DNA from: Candidatus Latescibacterota bacterium
Lineage (GTDB): Bacteria; Latescibacterota; UBA2968; UBA8231
Length of the DNA: 64,000 nt
NCBI GenBank assembly: GCA_965203355.1
Contig: OZ241889.1
Span: forward strand, 2,336,001-2,400,000
Reading direction: 5' to 3'
Below are positions 18,730-32,803 of the stretch, piece by piece. Numbering within the stretch: the first letter of the stretch is position 1; each line of letters starts with the position of its first letter. Made by a program: the position numbers and the translations under genes. The notes beneath the pieces are model-generated. The model was not told the DNA's origin. It did not search any database and worked only from the letters and a program-made list of their open reading frames with translations.

Positions 18730-19994
18730 CCGGCGTCTTCATCGCGTTGGCCAGCTTCAAGTTCGCGCTCTAGATGGAGCGCGTAGCTTTTGAGCTCGGC
18801 GCGGTGTGTTTGTAGGTCTGGGCTGTTGTCAATGTAGCGGTCGAGAGCGTCGCCTAGCTCGGCTTCCTCGCTGATTTCGGCACGGCGTTGGATCACTTCC
18901 GGGGCAAAGCGCGGCTGAATAGAGGCGACGTGGAAGGCCGGTTCGAGTGCTTGCCGCACCTGTTGTAAGTCCACCGGTGTGGCGTAGCCTGTGGGCAGGT
19001 CGTAGAGAACGCGGACTACGGCGTCTGCCAGATCGGCCTTGGCACAGGCCGCGACGATGCATTCGGTCGCGTCTTGGCCATCGCGTACCTTTAGCTTGAT
19101 GGTTGCAAATCGCCGCGCTGGGACGGGGATGAACTCAAAGGTGGTTGCCCGACCCCTCGACGCGGTTGCGTCCTCTGCGATGCGTACGAGGCAGAAACCC
19201 TTGTCTTCGCTTTCTTCGCCGAAGTCAATGCGCTCTAGGCTACCCGAATAGACCACGGGCGGATGTTGGCCGGGATTGAGGTTTTGGTATTTGTGGATGT
19301 GCCCCAAGGCGACGTAGTCGTAGGCGGGGTTGGCAAGAGCGCTCGTGAGCAAAACGGGGTCTTGGCCGATGATAGCGGTGCGTTCGCCTCCAGAATAAAT
19401 GGCGTCGGCGGCCGTGAGGTGGGCAACGAGTACACCCGGCAGCGTTGGATCGAGCTGCCGGGCGTACTCGTCGATTTGGACCGCGTAGATCTTTTGTATT
19501 TGGACGCAGATTTCCTCTAGGGGCAGGTCGCGGTATTCGTCGTGGGTGAGTAGGGCATGGCGCGTCGGCCAGGGTAGGCCGGCCACTTGTACTGGGCCGT
19601 TGGCCGTTTCGATGTGCAGTATCTCAGGACGGTGGATGACGTGAGTGCCCGCTAGCTGTAGGGTGCTGAAAATGTCAACTGAAGTGGCCTTGCCGAAAGC
19701 ACCTGGGGCGTCGTGATTGCCCACTACCAGCACGATGGGGATGCGGGCGGCTTGCAGGCGTTGGAGTTGGCGGGCCAAGACGCGCTGATGGGTCGGGGTC
19801 GGATCGCAATTTTTGTACATGTCGCCGGCGAAGAGAACCAAATCGACCGCCTTTTCAATGGCTAGGTCAAAGACCGTTTCTAGGCTATTGGCAAAATCTT
19901 GAACCCGCGAATGCAGGCCGGTGCTTGGGTCGAGACTGCCGTGGTTTTCGACGCCTAGATGCAGATCGGCAAAGTGCAGAATGGTCAAGGCCAT
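18726..19994 (-). CDS. sbcD: SbcD/Mre11 nuclease
   Basis: DLHLG, AGD, GNHD, LGHIH, YSGSLERIDFGE; ATGA overlap with sbcC. Confidence 0.93.
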   Translation of the reverse strand: MALTILHFADLHLGVENHGSLDPSTGLHSRVQDFANSLETVFDLAIEKAVDLVLFAGDMYKNCDPTPTHQRVLARQLQRLQAARIPIVLVVGNHDAPGAFGKATSVDIFSTLQLAGTHVIHRPEILHIETANGPVQVAGLPWPTRHALLTHDEYRDLPLEEICVQIQKIYAVQIDEYARQLDPTLPGVLVAHLTAADAIYSGGERTAIIGQDPVLLTSALANPAYDYVALGHIHKYQNLNPGQHPPVVYSGSLERIDFGEESEDKGFCLVRIAEDATASRGRATTFEFIPVPARRFATIKLKVRDGQDATECIVAACAKADLADAVVRVLYDLPTGYATPVDLQQVRQALEPAFHVASIQPRFAPEVIQRRAEISEEAELGDALDRYIDNSPDLQTHRAELKSYALHLERELEAGQRDEDAG

Positions 19995-20076
19995 GAGATG
20001 TTGTTTGGGAAGAGGTGGCTCGGTCTGTAAATTTATTAAAAGGAGGGTGGCGAACTTGGGCAAGTCCTTAGCCTGT

Positions 20077-20105
20077 TTGCACCTAGACACCGTTTTTGTT
20101 ATATT
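20077..20105 (+). promoter_or_regulatory. sigma70-type promoter for greA
   Basis: TTGCAC-17 nt-TATATT with extended -10 TG. Confidence 0.6.
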
Positions 20106-20120
20106 AACCCTCTATAAAGG

Positions 20121-20152
20121 AAGGCGGAAGCGGTATTACGCTTCCGCTTTTT
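20121..20152 (+). terminator. Intrinsic terminator or attenuator in the greA leader
   Basis: GCGGAAGCG-GTATTA-CGCTTCCGC-TTTTT. Confidence 0.75.
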
Positions 20153-20194
20153 GTGTTGAATAACACATGTTGTTCTCTCCTTAAAGGCTTGGTA

Positions 20195-20665
20195 ATGAGT
20201 GAAGTATATCTTTCGCGCGAAGGCTACGAGAAACTTCAGGGCGAGTTGAAGGGACTCAAGGAGACCGAACGCCCTGAAGTGCGCCAAGCACTACAACGGG
20301 CGCGGGAATTTGGCGACCTGTCCGAAAACGCCGAGTATTCGGCGGCTAAAGAAAGGTTGCTCTTCCTAGAGCAGCGCATCAGCAAGCTCGAAGAGACTCT
20401 CAGCCGGGCCCGCCTGCTAGAAAACGAGGCGATCCCAGAAGACAAGGTTTATATCGGGGCCACCGTGGAACTGGAAGACCTCGCGCAGGCGCGCCAGCTC
20501 ACGTACACGCTCGTCGCTCCCGAGGAAGCGGATTTTGAAGCGGGGAAAATCTCCACGGTTTCGCCGATAGGCAAGGGATTACTCGGGCATCAAGAAGGCG
20601 AAGAAATCGAAATTGAAGTGCCCGTTGGCAAGCTGCATTACAGGATTGTCAAAATCACGCGCTGA
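20195..20665 (+). CDS. greA: Transcription elongation factor GreA
   Basis: GDLSENAEY, ISTVSPIGKGLLG. Confidence 0.97.
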   Translation: MSEVYLSREGYEKLQGELKGLKETERPEVRQALQRAREFGDLSENAEYSAAKERLLFLEQRISKLEETLSRARLLENEAIPEDKVYIGATVELEDLAQARQLTYTLVAPEEADFEAGKISTVSPIGKGLLGHQEGEEIEIEVPVGKLHYRIVKITR

Positions 20666-20687
20666 GCGCAAGTATCCAGTTCACTTG

Positions 20688-20732
20688 GCGACTCCCGGAA
20701 AGGCCCGCGTCTCTCCGGGAGTTTCGCGTTTT
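20688..20732 (+). terminator. Probable greA terminator
   Basis: GCGACTCCCGGA...TCCGGGAGTTTCGC followed by GTTTT. Confidence 0.5.
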
Positions 20733-20751
20733 GGACCTGCGCCCAGTATTC

Positions 20752-20780
20752 TTGACATATTGAGAGGTCTGTTATATATT
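20752..20780 (+). promoter_or_regulatory. sigma70 promoter of the tRNA-rpmG-secE cluster
   Basis: TTGACA-17 nt-TATATT. Confidence 0.75.
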
Positions 20781-20819
20781 TAGGCTTCTGTAAATTAAAC
20801 GGGCATTAATCCGGCTCGA

Positions 20820-20896
20820 GCGGGAATAGCTCAGTTGGCTAGAGCGCGAGCCTTCCAAGCTCGGGGTCGCGGGTTCGAGTCCCGTTTCCCGCTCCA
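20820..20896 (+). tRNA. tRNA-Gly(TCC)
   Basis: GCGGGAA acceptor stem, anticodon loop TTTCCAA-type (CTTCCAA), GTTCGAGTC, encoded CCA. Confidence 0.97.
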
Positions 20897-20915
20897 GACC
20901 ACCAAAACGATTGCG

Positions 20916-20991
<76 letters not shown>

Positions 20992-21030
20992 CTTTCCTAA
21001 AGTGCTTTCATCTAAACGCGACAAGTTCTG

Positions 21031-21183
21031 ATGCCAAGAGATCAAATAACGCTGGAGTGCGAAGTGTGCAGCCAGCAAAATTACACGACGACCAAAAACA
21101 GGCGAAACCAGCCAAGCCGCGTGGAGTACAAAAAGTATTGCCGTTTTTGCCACAAGCACACGGCTCACAAGGAAGCCCGCTAG
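21031..21183 (+). CDS. rpmG: 50S ribosomal protein L33 (Zn-binding form; not in the ORF track)
   Basis: [13 protein letters not shown]...NYTTTKN...[15 protein letters not shown]. Confidence 0.96.
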   Translation: MPRDQITLECEVCSQQNYTTTKNRRNQPSRVEYKKYCRFCHKHTAHKEAR

Positions 21184-21187
21184 GCAT

Positions 21188-21263
21188 AGGGCAGTAGCTC
21201 AATTGGTAGAGCACCGGTCTCCAAAACCGGCGGTTGCAGGTTCAAGTCCTGTCTGCCCTGCCA
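21188..21263 (+). tRNA. tRNA-Trp(CCA)
   Basis: AGGGCAG/CTGCCCT stem, CCGGT-CTCCAAA-ACCGG, GTTCAAGTC, CCA. Confidence 0.97.
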
Positions 21264-21285
21264 GGCTTCTGCATTAGGGAATGGG

Positions 21286-21474
21286 ATGTGGAATAAACTT
21301 ACTAATTTCATCAAAGATGTGCGGACCGAATTTTCCAAAGTGAGTTGGCCTACGCGCGAGGATTTGGTCAGTTCCACTGGGGTGGTATTAGTTTTTTCGG
21401 CGATTTTTGCGGTTTTTATTGGCATATTCGACCTTATTATTTCTTTTGTTTGGGGAATACTTCTAGGCCAGTAA
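21286..21474 (+). CDS. secE: Preprotein translocase SecE
   Basis: EFSKVSWPTR plus one TM helix; synteny. Confidence 0.95.
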   Translation: MWNKLTNFIKDVRTEFSKVSWPTREDLVSSTGVVLVFSAIFAVFIGIFDLIISFVWGILLGQ

Positions 21475-21493
21475 TGTTCGCTGGGGCGTATCT

Positions 21494-21530
21494 AAAGGGA
21501 AGCGGCGCGCAATGTGCATCGCTTCTTTTT
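21494..21530 (+). terminator. Terminator-like hairpin between secE and nusG
   Basis: AAAGGGAAGCGGCGCGC-AAT-GTGCATCGCTTCTTTTT, with G-U pairs and one mismatch. Confidence 0.55.
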
Positions 21531-21575
21531 GTTAATCTACGCTCGGCGAATGGGGGCTAACACCGGATTGAAGCC

Positions 21576-22121
21576 ATGGCACAGTGCTGGTACGCTCTAC
21601 ATACGTATTCGGGGCACGAGAATAAGGTAAAGACCTACTTGGAGTCGCTCATTGAGTCGGGGGCTACCAACGGTGCGATTACCCAAGTCGTCGTGCCGAC
21701 CGAGGAAGTGGTCGAACTCCGCGCCGGCAAGAAAACCAAGACTCGGAAGCGGTTTTTGCCTAGTTATGTGCTAGTGGAAATGGAAATGACCAAGGACGCT
21801 TGGTTCCAAGTGACCAACATTCCCGGGGTAACTAACTTTGTCGGCCCAGCACGCAAGCCGCAACCGCTGCGGCAGGAGGAGATTGACCGCATCTTGGGGC
21901 ACGTTGATCGCCGCAAAGATCAAGAGGTCGAGGAGATTCCGTTTGCCGTTGACGATCAAGTTAAGGTCAATGATGGCGCGTTCAAAGATTTTATCGGCAC
22001 CGTGCAGGAGATACTGCCGGAGAAGCGCAGGTTGAAAATCATGGTGAGTATTTTTGGACGCGGTACATCTGTGGAATTGGACGTGTTGCAAGTCGAGTCG
22101 GTTCAAGAGACGGTCGGCTGA
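21576..22121 (+). CDS. nusG: Transcription factor NusG
   Basis: [28 protein letters not shown] domain, SIFGR. Confidence 0.97.
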   Translation: MAQCWYALHTYSGHENKVKTYLESLIESGATNGAITQVVVPTEEVVELRAGKKTKTRKRFLPSYVLVEMEMTKDAWFQVTNIPGVTNFVGPARKPQPLRQEEIDRILGHVDRRKDQEVEEIPFAVDDQVKVNDGAFKDFIGTVQEILPEKRRLKIMVSIFGRGTSVELDVLQVESVQETVG

Positions 22122-22140
22122 TTTTAAGAGAGATAAAAAA

Positions 22141-22563
22141 ATGGCTAAAAAGGAAATAGCCCAAATCAAGTTGCAGGTTCCAGCCGGTCAGGCGAATCCA
22201 ACGCCGCCCGTTGGGCCGGCACTGGGGCAACACGGCGTTAATATCATGGAATTCTGCAAGACGTTCAATGCCCAGACCCAAGACCAGCAAGGGTTGATCA
22301 TTCCCGTAATCATTACAGTATACGCCGACCGCACGTTTTCATTTATTACTAAGACGCCGCCGGCTGCGGTGTTGTTGTTGCGGGCTGCGGGAAAAGCCAA
22401 GGGGTCGGGCGTACCCAACCGGGATCACATCGGCGTTGTATCTTCGGATCAGGTGCGCGAAATCGCCGAATTGAAAATGCCCGATTTGAACGCAGCCTCA
22501 ATGGAAGCCGCGATGTCGATGATCGCGGGAACGGCCCGCAGTATGGGGCTCTTGGTCGAGTAG
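22141..22563 (+). CDS. rplK: 50S ribosomal protein L11
   Basis: [22 protein letters not shown]. Confidence 0.98.
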   Translation: MAKKEIAQIKLQVPAGQANPTPPVGPALGQHGVNIMEFCKTFNAQTQDQQGLIIPVIITVYADRTFSFITKTPPAAVLLLRAAGKAKGSGVPNRDHIGVVSSDQVREIAELKMPDLNAASMEAAMSMIAGTARSMGLLVE

Positions 22564-22601
22564 TTGCTTCGCATTGTAAACCCTCATAAGAGGTTTAAGG
22601 T

Positions 22602-23300
22602 ATGGCCAGAGGAAAAAAATACAGAAACGCCTTGGCGTCTTTCGACCGCGACAGGGCCTATTCGTGGGAAGAGGGGATCCAGATCCTCAAGGGATTTCCG
22701 GTGTGCAATTACGACCCTACTGTCGAGCTTGCTTGCAACTTGGGAATTGATGGTCGCCAGGCCGACCAATCGCTGCGCGGCACAGTGATGTTGCCTCACG
22801 GTACCGGGAAGGAACTCCGGGTCTTAGTCATCACCCAAGGACCGCTAGTGCAGGAGGCCGAAGATGCTGGAGCCGATTTTGTCGGTGGGGCCGATATGGC
22901 CGAGAAGATCCAGGGCGGTTGGCTCGATTTCGACCTAGTCATTGCCTCTCCAGATATGATGGGGCAGGTAGGTAAGTTGGGAAGGATCCTGGGGCCGAGA
23001 GGCTTGATGCCCAACCCCAAGACCGGCACGGTAACGCGCGAGGTCGCCCAGGCCGTTCGCGAGGCCAAGGCCGGCCGCATTGAATACCGTGCCGATAGTA
23101 AGTCCGGCAACAACGCCCAAGGCCCCATCGGCAAGCTGTCTTTTACCGATCAGGCGCTGGTCGAAAACGCCCAAGCGTTTACCGATGCCATTTTGCGCGC
23201 CAAGCCGGCCGCGGCAAAAGGGCAGTACATCCGCAAGTTAGTCCTCTCGTCGGCAGTAGGGCCGGGCATCAAGATTGACCGCGCCCAGTTGGCTACCTAA
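22602..23300 (+). CDS. rplA: 50S ribosomal protein L1
   Basis: LPHGTGK, LGPRGLMPNPKTGTV. Confidence 0.98.
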   Translation: MARGKKYRNALASFDRDRAYSWEEGIQILKGFPVCNYDPTVELACNLGIDGRQADQSLRGTVMLPHGTGKELRVLVITQGPLVQEAEDAGADFVGGADMAEKIQGGWLDFDLVIASPDMMGQVGKLGRILGPRGLMPNPKTGTVTREVAQAVREAKAGRIEYRADSKSGNNAQGPIGKLSFTDQALVENAQAFTDAILRAKPAAAKGQYIRKLVLSSAVGPGIKIDRAQLAT

Positions 23301-23311
23301 AGAAAGCGATT

Positions 23312-23845
23312 ATGGCGACGGCAGAGAAAGAAGCAAAAGTAGAAGAATTGAAGGCCATTATGGCCGAGGCCAAGGGCTTTTATTTGGCCGATTTTACGGG
23401 TATTGACGTAGCTGCCGTGACCGAGCTGCGCAACAAGCTACGCGATGGCGATGTTCAATACCAAGTGATCAAAAATCGCTTGGCCATTCGCGCGGCTGAG
23501 GAAGTGGGCATCGCCGGCCTCGAGAAGTATTTCTCCGGGCCTACGGCCTTGGCCTACTCAAAAGAAGATCCCATCGCACCGGCTAAAATTCTGCAAGACT
23601 TCGCTGCTGATGGCGGAAAAATTCAGGTCAAGACCGGCTTTATGGAGGGTGAAGTCCTCGCCGCTGACAAAGTTGAGGCGTTGGCTAAGCTGCCTTCTAG
23701 GGAAGAATTGCTAGGTAAGGTAGCTGCTGGCGTCCAGAGTCCGCTCTACGGGCTAAGCAGCGTCTTGAATGGGTTGATCCGAGGCTTAGTCTGCGCGTTG
23801 TCCGCCATCGAAAAGCAACGGGAAAAAGGCGGGGAAAACGCTTGA
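23312..23845 (+). CDS. rplJ: 50S ribosomal protein L10
   Basis: VIKNRL, GPTA, LAKLPSREEL. Confidence 0.97.
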   Translation: MATAEKEAKVEELKAIMAEAKGFYLADFTGIDVAAVTELRNKLRDGDVQYQVIKNRLAIRAAEEVGIAGLEKYFSGPTALAYSKEDPIAPAKILQDFAADGGKIQVKTGFMEGEVLAADKVEALAKLPSREELLGKVAAGVQSPLYGLSSVLNGLIRGLVCALSAIEKQREKGGENA

Positions 23846-23901
23846 TTCCCATTCGTCCCTTTTAACAAGCTCAAATACGGATATACAGGAGGCTGTATCC
23901 C

Positions 23902-24312
23902 ATGACCGAAGAAACCACTGTCACCACTGCCAATAGTAAGGTAGGTGAAATCATTGAGACCATCGGCGGCCTAACGGTCCTAGAACTAGCCGAGTTGGTC
24001 AAGGCCCTTGAAGACAAGTTTGGCGTGTCGGCCGCAGCACCGATGATGATGGCTGGTGCGATGCCCAGCGTTGGTGCTGGCGAAGAGGTCGCCGAGGAAA
24101 AGGATTCTTTTGACGTAGTGCTCACTAACGCTGGCGAGAAGAAGATCCAAGTTATCAAGATCGTCCGAGAGATCACTAGCTTAGGGCTGAAAGAGTCCAA
24201 GGCACTCGTCGACGAGGCTCCCAAGCCGATCAAGGAAGGGGCGACCAAGGAAGAAGCCGAAGAAATCCAGACCCGATTGCAGGATGCCGGAGCCACGGTA
24301 GAACTCCAGTAA
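23902..24312 (+). CDS. rplL: 50S ribosomal protein L7/L12
   Basis: [31 protein letters not shown]. Confidence 0.98.
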   Translation: MTEETTVTTANSKVGEIIETIGGLTVLELAELVKALEDKFGVSAAAPMMMAGAMPSVGAGEEVAEEKDSFDVVLTNAGEKKIQVIKIVREITSLGLKESKALVDEAPKPIKEGATKEEAEEIQTRLQDAGATVELQ

Positions 24313-24369
24313 GGACGGCTGCTTACGTAGGAGCTTATTCGTTCATACCTGCTTTTCTGCAGCGCACAT

Positions 24370-24399
24370 TCATGGAGCTATTGGCCAATAGCTCCATGA
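24370..24399. repeat. Perfect 30-bp palindrome in the rplL-rpoB spacer
   Basis: TCATGGAGCTATTGG|CCAATAGCTCCATGA equals its own reverse complement. Confidence 0.95.
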
Positions 24400-24435
24400 G
24401 TATTTGGCTTAAACCACAAATTGAGGAGTTGGACT

Positions 24436-28221
<3,786 letters not shown>

Positions 28222-28253
28222 ATTGCAGAGCATTCGCATAAAGCGCAAAGGGG

Positions 28254-31200
28254 GTGCCAGTGGTACAGACTACCAATGCAGCGCGTAAACCGACTGATTT
28301 CGATTCTATCCGCATTCAGCTTGCTTCTCCCGAGACCATTCGCGCTTGGTCGAAAGGGGAGGTCACCAAACCTGAGACGATCAACTACCGCTCCTTCAAG
28401 CCGGAGCGCGATGGGTTGTTCTGCGAGCGCATCTTCGGTCCAGTCAAGGACTGGAACTGCCACTGCGGCAAGTATAAGGGCATCCGCTATCGAGGCGTAG
28501 TATGTGACCGTTGCGGCGTCGAGGTCACGCAGGTCAAGGTCCGCCGCGAGCGCCTTGGGCACATTGAGTTGGCCGTACAGGTTTCCCACATCTGGTATTT
28601 CAAGTCGCTACCTTCGCGCATCGGTGCCCTGCTCGACATCTCGATGCGCAACCTTGAGCGCATCCTCTATTACGAGTCCTATGTCGTCATTGATCCGCAG
28701 GACGCACCTGTGGAGAAGTTGGCTCTTTTGACGGAGGAGGAGCTTTTCGAGATACGAGAAGAAGGCGGCGACCCCGAGGTCGAAATGGGAGCACCCGCAG
28801 TCAGGCGGCTCTTAGAGGAGATCGACATTGAAGAGCTCTCGGCTGAGTTGCGAACCTTGGTTCGAATGGAGAGTTCGATCCAACGCAAGCAAGAAGCCCT
28901 CAAGCGGCTCAAGGTCGTCGAAGCCTTCCGCCAGTCCGAAAACCGGCCCGAGTGGATGATTCTCGACAACATTCCGGTCATTCCGCCGGACCTGCGTCCC
29001 TTGGTGCCCTTAGAAGGTGGTCGCTTCGCCACTTCCGACCTCAACGACCTCTACCGCCGGGTCATCAATCGCAACAACCGCTTGAAGAAGCTGATCAACA
29101 TCAAGGCTCCCGAAGTCATTCTGCGCAACGAGAAGAGGATGCTTCAAGAAGCCGTTGATGCCCTCTTCGACAACGGGCGTCGCTCGCGGGCCGTGCGCGG
29201 CGACAGCAGTCGCTCGCTCAAGTCGCTCAGCGATCTGCTCAAAGGCAAACAGGGCCGTTTTCGCCAAAACTTGCTAGGTAAACGCGTTGACTATTCGGGT
29301 CGTTCGGTCATCGTCGTCGGTCCAGAACTCAAACTGTACCAGTGCGGTCTGCCCCAAGGAATGGCCCTAGAGCTATTTAAGCCATTTGTAATCAAAAAGT
29401 TAGAAGAAAAAGGGCTGGTGCAAACCGTCAAAAGTGCCAAGAAGTTGGTCGAGCGCGAGCGCCCAGAGGTCTGGGATATTCTCGAGGAGATTATTCGCGA
29501 CCACTGCGTATTGCTCAATCGGGCACCGACGTTGCACAAGTTGGGTATTCAGGCGTTTCAGCCCATTCTCGTCGAGGGGAAGGCCATTCGCCTGCACCCG
29601 CTGGTCTGCGCCGCCTTTAATGCTGACTTCGATGGCGACCAGATGGCCGTGCATGTCCCGCTCTCGTTTGAGTCTCAGATCGAGGCGCGCCTTCTGATGC
29701 TTTCTACCAACAACATCCTCAAGCCGGCCGATGGCGAGCCGGTTGTCATGGACAACCCTCAGGACATTGTGCTCGGCAGTTATTACCTGACCAAGGTGCG
29801 TTTTAGCGAAGCAGGCGGAGTCGAGCGCTCCTTTGCCAACAAGACCGAGGCGGTTGCGGCTTTTGAATCTGGTCGCATCACCTTGCACCAGCCGGTCGTG
29901 GTGCGCATTGATGGCGAGATGGTGGATACGACCGTCGGTCGCTTGCTTTTTAACGAGGTGCTCCCGGAGGAAATCGGCTTTATCAATCGCACGGTTGACA
30001 AGGGCGATATCAAGAGCATTACCGCCCAAGTGCATCGCTTGCTGGGCAACAGGCGCACAGCCGAGTTCGTCGATCAGCTCAAGAGCATGGGCTATCACTA
30101 CGCGACGCTAGCCGGCGTATCCATCGCCGTTGACGACGTAGTCGTGCCCGATACTAAAACCAAGCTCATTGACGGAGCGCTCAAGGAAGTGGAGAAAGTC
30201 CGCGATCAGTATGCCAACGGCATCATCACTGATGGCGAGCGCTACAACAAGATCATAGATATCTGGACTCATACCACATCGGAGGTCTCGCGCGCGGTGC
30301 AACGTACGCTTGAGGAAGCCGAAGAGGGCTTTAACTCGGTTTACGTTATGAAGGATTCTGGTGCGCGCGGCAGCGAGGATCAGATCAAACAGCTAGGCGG
30401 CATGCGCGGTTTGATGAACAAGCCGCAGAAAAAGCTGACCGGTGCCGTCGGCGAAATCATCGAAACGCCGATTATCGCCTCTTTCAAAGAAGGGCTGTCG
30501 GTGCTCGAATACTTCATCTCGACCCACGGAGCGCGCAAGGGTTTGGCCGATACGGCTCTGAAGACGGCCGAAGCTGGATATCTGACGCGGCGGATGGTCG
30601 ATGTGGCTCAAGATATGGTGATCAGCGAAGAAGACTGCATGACTAGCCAAGGGTTGGAGATCGGTGCTCTCAAAGATGGAGAGGAGGTAATTGAGCCGCT
30701 GGCCGACCGCATCATCGGGCGAGTATTGCAAAAAGACGCTGAAGATGCCGACAAAAATGTGGTGGCCCGCGCAGGCACCCTGTTGGAAGAGGAAGACGCC
30801 AATCGCATTGCTCAAGCCGGCATTGAAAAAGTGGTTATTCGCTCGGTGCTCACATGCGAGTCCGAGCGTGGCGTTTGCATCAAGTGCTACGGACGCAACA
30901 TGGGTACCGGCCGCGAGGTCAATGTGGGCGAGGCCGTTGGGGTCGTAGCCGCACAGAGTATTGGTGAACCAGGTACTCAGCTCACGCTGCGAACTTTTCA
31001 CATCGGCGGTACGGCGAGTCGCATCGCCGAACAGTCGCAGATCACCGCGCGCCGGGCTGGCCGCGTTCAATTTTCCAAAGTCGATACGGTGCAAAACCCT
31101 ACAACCGGCGTCATGGTCGTCGGGCGCAATGGCGAAATTGGCTTGCTTGACGAACAGAATCGAGTGCGCTCGTCTGTCGCCACCCCTTATGGCGCAGTGC

Positions 31201-32348
31201 TCAAGGTCGAAAATGGGGACCAAGTCGAGATGGGGGATGTGCTGTACGAATGGGATCCATACAACAATGTGATTCTCACCGACCGCCCGGGCCGGACCCG
31301 GTTCATAGCTATCAATAAGGAAACTATGCGCGAGGAATTCGACGAAAGTACGGGCCTGAGCGTCCGCAGTATCGTCGAAGAGCGCGGCCGCTCGGTGAGT
31401 CCGGCAATTGAGATCGAGGGGGACGACTATGGAAGCCGTTCTTTTTTAATTCCGGTCGGTGCGCGTCTGCTAGTCGAAGATGGCGATCAAGTCGCACCGG
31501 GGCAGGTGTTGGCCAAAATCCCGCGCGAGCGTTCCAAGACGCGCGACATCACCGGCGGGTTGCCGCGGGTTGCCGAACTCTTTGAGGCGCGTCGGCCCAA
31601 GGAACCGGCGGTCATATCAGAAATTAACGGCACGGTGAGCTTTGGCGGTTTAATCCGCGGCAACCGCGAACTGTTCGTCACCCCGCCCTCGCGGGACGAT
31701 GAGGATGGCGAAAAAAAGAAATACTTGATTCCCTACGGCAAGCACTTGCGCGTGCATGAAGGCGACCGAGTCGAAGCCGGCGAGCGCCTCTCCGAAGGGG
31801 CTGTCAACCCGCACGACATCTTGCGAGTCCAAGGCGTGAAGAAGGTGCAGGAGTACTTGGTCAACGAGATTCAGGATGTCTATCGCCTTCAGGCTGTGGA
31901 GATCAACGACAAGCACATTGAGGTCATTGTCAAGCAGATGCTGCAGAAGGTGCGCATCACTTATCCCGGCGACACGAATTTCCTCGAGGGGGAGGAAGTG
32001 GATAATATCCGCTTCAAAAGGGAGAATAAAAAAGTTGAGGACGAGGGTGGAGAGCCAGCCACTTGCCAGTCGATCCTTTTGGGCATTACCCGTGCTTCTT
32101 TACGCACGGATAGCTTTATCTCTGCTGCCTCTTTCCAAGAGACAACGCGCGTGTTGACCGAGGCTGCCGTGCAAGGCAAGATAGACCACCTGCGCGGCCT
32201 CAAGGAAAACGTCATCATCGGCCGCTTGATCCCAGCCGGTACCGGGCACTACCAAGATGGCACCTATGAGAGCTTGGATCCCGAAGGCAATGGCAAGGCC
32301 GAGTTGACCGAAATGGCGGCTGCGGAAACAGGTGTTTTGGGCGAGTAG
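28254..32348 (+). CDS. rpoC: RNA polymerase beta' subunit
   Basis: NADFDGD, Zn-binding motifs, [11 protein letters not shown]. Confidence 0.99.
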   Translation: MPVVQTTNAARKPTDFDSIRIQLASPETIRAWSKGEVTKPETINYRSFKPERDGLFCERIFGPVKDWNCHCGKYKGIRYRGVVCDRCGVEVTQVKVRRERLGHIELAVQVSHIWYFKSLPSRIGALLDISMRNLERILYYESYVVIDPQDAPVEKLALLTEEELFEIREEGGDPEVEMGAPAVRRLLEEIDIEELSAELRTLVRMESSIQRKQEALKRLKVVEAFRQSENRPEWMILDNIPVIPPDLRPLVPLEGGRFATSDLNDLYRRVINRNNRLKKLINIKAPEVILRNEKRMLQEAVDALFDNGRRSRAVRGDSSRSLKSLSDLLKGKQGRFRQNLLGKRVDYSGRSVIVVGPELKLYQCGLPQGMALELFKPFVIKKLEEKGLVQTVKSAKKLVERERPEVWDILEEIIRDHCVLLNRAPTLHKLGIQAFQPILVEGKAIRLHPLVCAAFNADFDGDQMAVHVPLSFESQIEARLLMLSTNNILKPADGEPVVMDNPQDIVLGSYYLTKVRFSEAGGVERSFANKTEAVAAFESGRITLHQPVVVRIDGEMVDTTVGRLLFNEVLPEEIGFINRTVDKGDIKSITAQVHRLLGNRRTAEFVDQLKSMGYHYATLAGVSIAVDDVVVPDTKTKLIDGALKEVEKVRDQYANGIITDGERYNKIIDIWTHTTSEVSRAVQRTLEEAEEGFNSVYVMKDSGARGSEDQIKQLGGMRGLMNKPQKKLTGAVGEIIETPIIASFKEGLSVLEYFISTHGARKGLADTALKTAEAGYLTRRMVDVAQDMVISEEDCMTSQGLEIGALKDGEEVIEPLADRIIGRVLQKDAEDADKNVVARAGTLLEEEDANRIAQAGIEKVVIRSVLTCESERGVCIKCYGRNMGTGREVNVGEAVGVVAAQSIGEPGTQLTLRTFHIGGTASRIAEQSQITARRAGRVQFSKVDTVQNPTTGVMVVGRNGEIGLLDEQNRVRSSVATPYGAVLKVENGDQVEMGDVLYEWDPYNNVILTDRPGRTRFIAINKETMREEFDESTGLSVRSIVEERGRSVSPAIEIEGDDYGSRSFLIPVGARLLVEDGDQVAPGQVLAKIPRERSKTRDITGGLPRVAELFEARRPKEPAVISEINGTVSFGGLIRGNRELFVTPPSRDDEDGEKKKYLIPYGKHLRVHEGDRVEAGERLSEGAVNPHDILRVQGVKKVQEYLVNEIQDVYRLQAVEINDKHIEVIVKQMLQKVRITYPGDTNFLEGEEVDNIRFKRENKKVEDEGGEPATCQSILLGITRASLRTDSFISAASFQETTRVLTEAAVQGKIDHLRGLKENVIIGRLIPAGTGHYQDGTYESLDPEGNGKAELTEMAAAETGVLGE

Positions 32349-32350
32349 TG

Positions 32351-32379
32351 TTGACAGTTATACCGTTTGTATGTAAATT
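32351..32379 (+). promoter_or_regulatory. sigma70 promoter of the str operon
   Basis: TTGACA-17 nt-TAAATT. Confidence 0.7.
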
Positions 32380-32420
32380 ATGAGCTTGCTATTTAACGGA
32401 ATGACGAGGAGAAAGAGCGT

Positions 32421-32792
32421 TTGCCAACGGTTAGCCAGCTGGTCCGCAAAAGCCGGCAAAAATCACTGAAAAAGACGGATTCCCCAGCGCTGAGAGGTTG
32501 CCCCCAGCGCCGTGGCGTTTGTACGCGTGTTTACACCCAAACGCCCAAGAAGCCTAATTCGGCTCTGCGCAAGATGGCTCGTGTGCGTTTGACTACGGGG
32601 ATTGAAGTTACGGCTTACGTGCCAGGCGAGGGCCACACCCTACAGGAACACTCCATCGTCTTAGTGCGCGGAGGTCGCATCAAGGACTGCCCCGGTGTGC
32701 GCTACCACATCGTGCGTGGTGTCCTCGATGCGACGGGCGTGGCTGATCGCCGTCAGGGTCGCTCCAAGTATGGCACCCGGCGGCCAACCTAA
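32421..32792 (+). CDS. rpsL: 30S ribosomal protein S12
   Basis: [22 protein letters not shown]; TTG start. Confidence 0.99.
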   Translation: MPTVSQLVRKSRQKSLKKTDSPALRGCPQRRGVCTRVYTQTPKKPNSALRKMARVRLTTGIEVTAYVPGEGHTLQEHSIVLVRGGRIKDCPGVRYHIVRGVLDATGVADRRQGRSKYGTRRPT

Positions 32793-32803
32793 GGGTACGA
32801 GCA

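Noticed and set aside
15697-19994. Wadjet/Lamassu-type SMC defence system
   Set aside because: The Zn-hook Rad50 plus Mre11-type nuclease is canonical SbcCD, with no kleisin or effector genes.
23301-23311. L10 leader RNA
   Set aside because: The rplA-rplJ spacer is only 11 nt.
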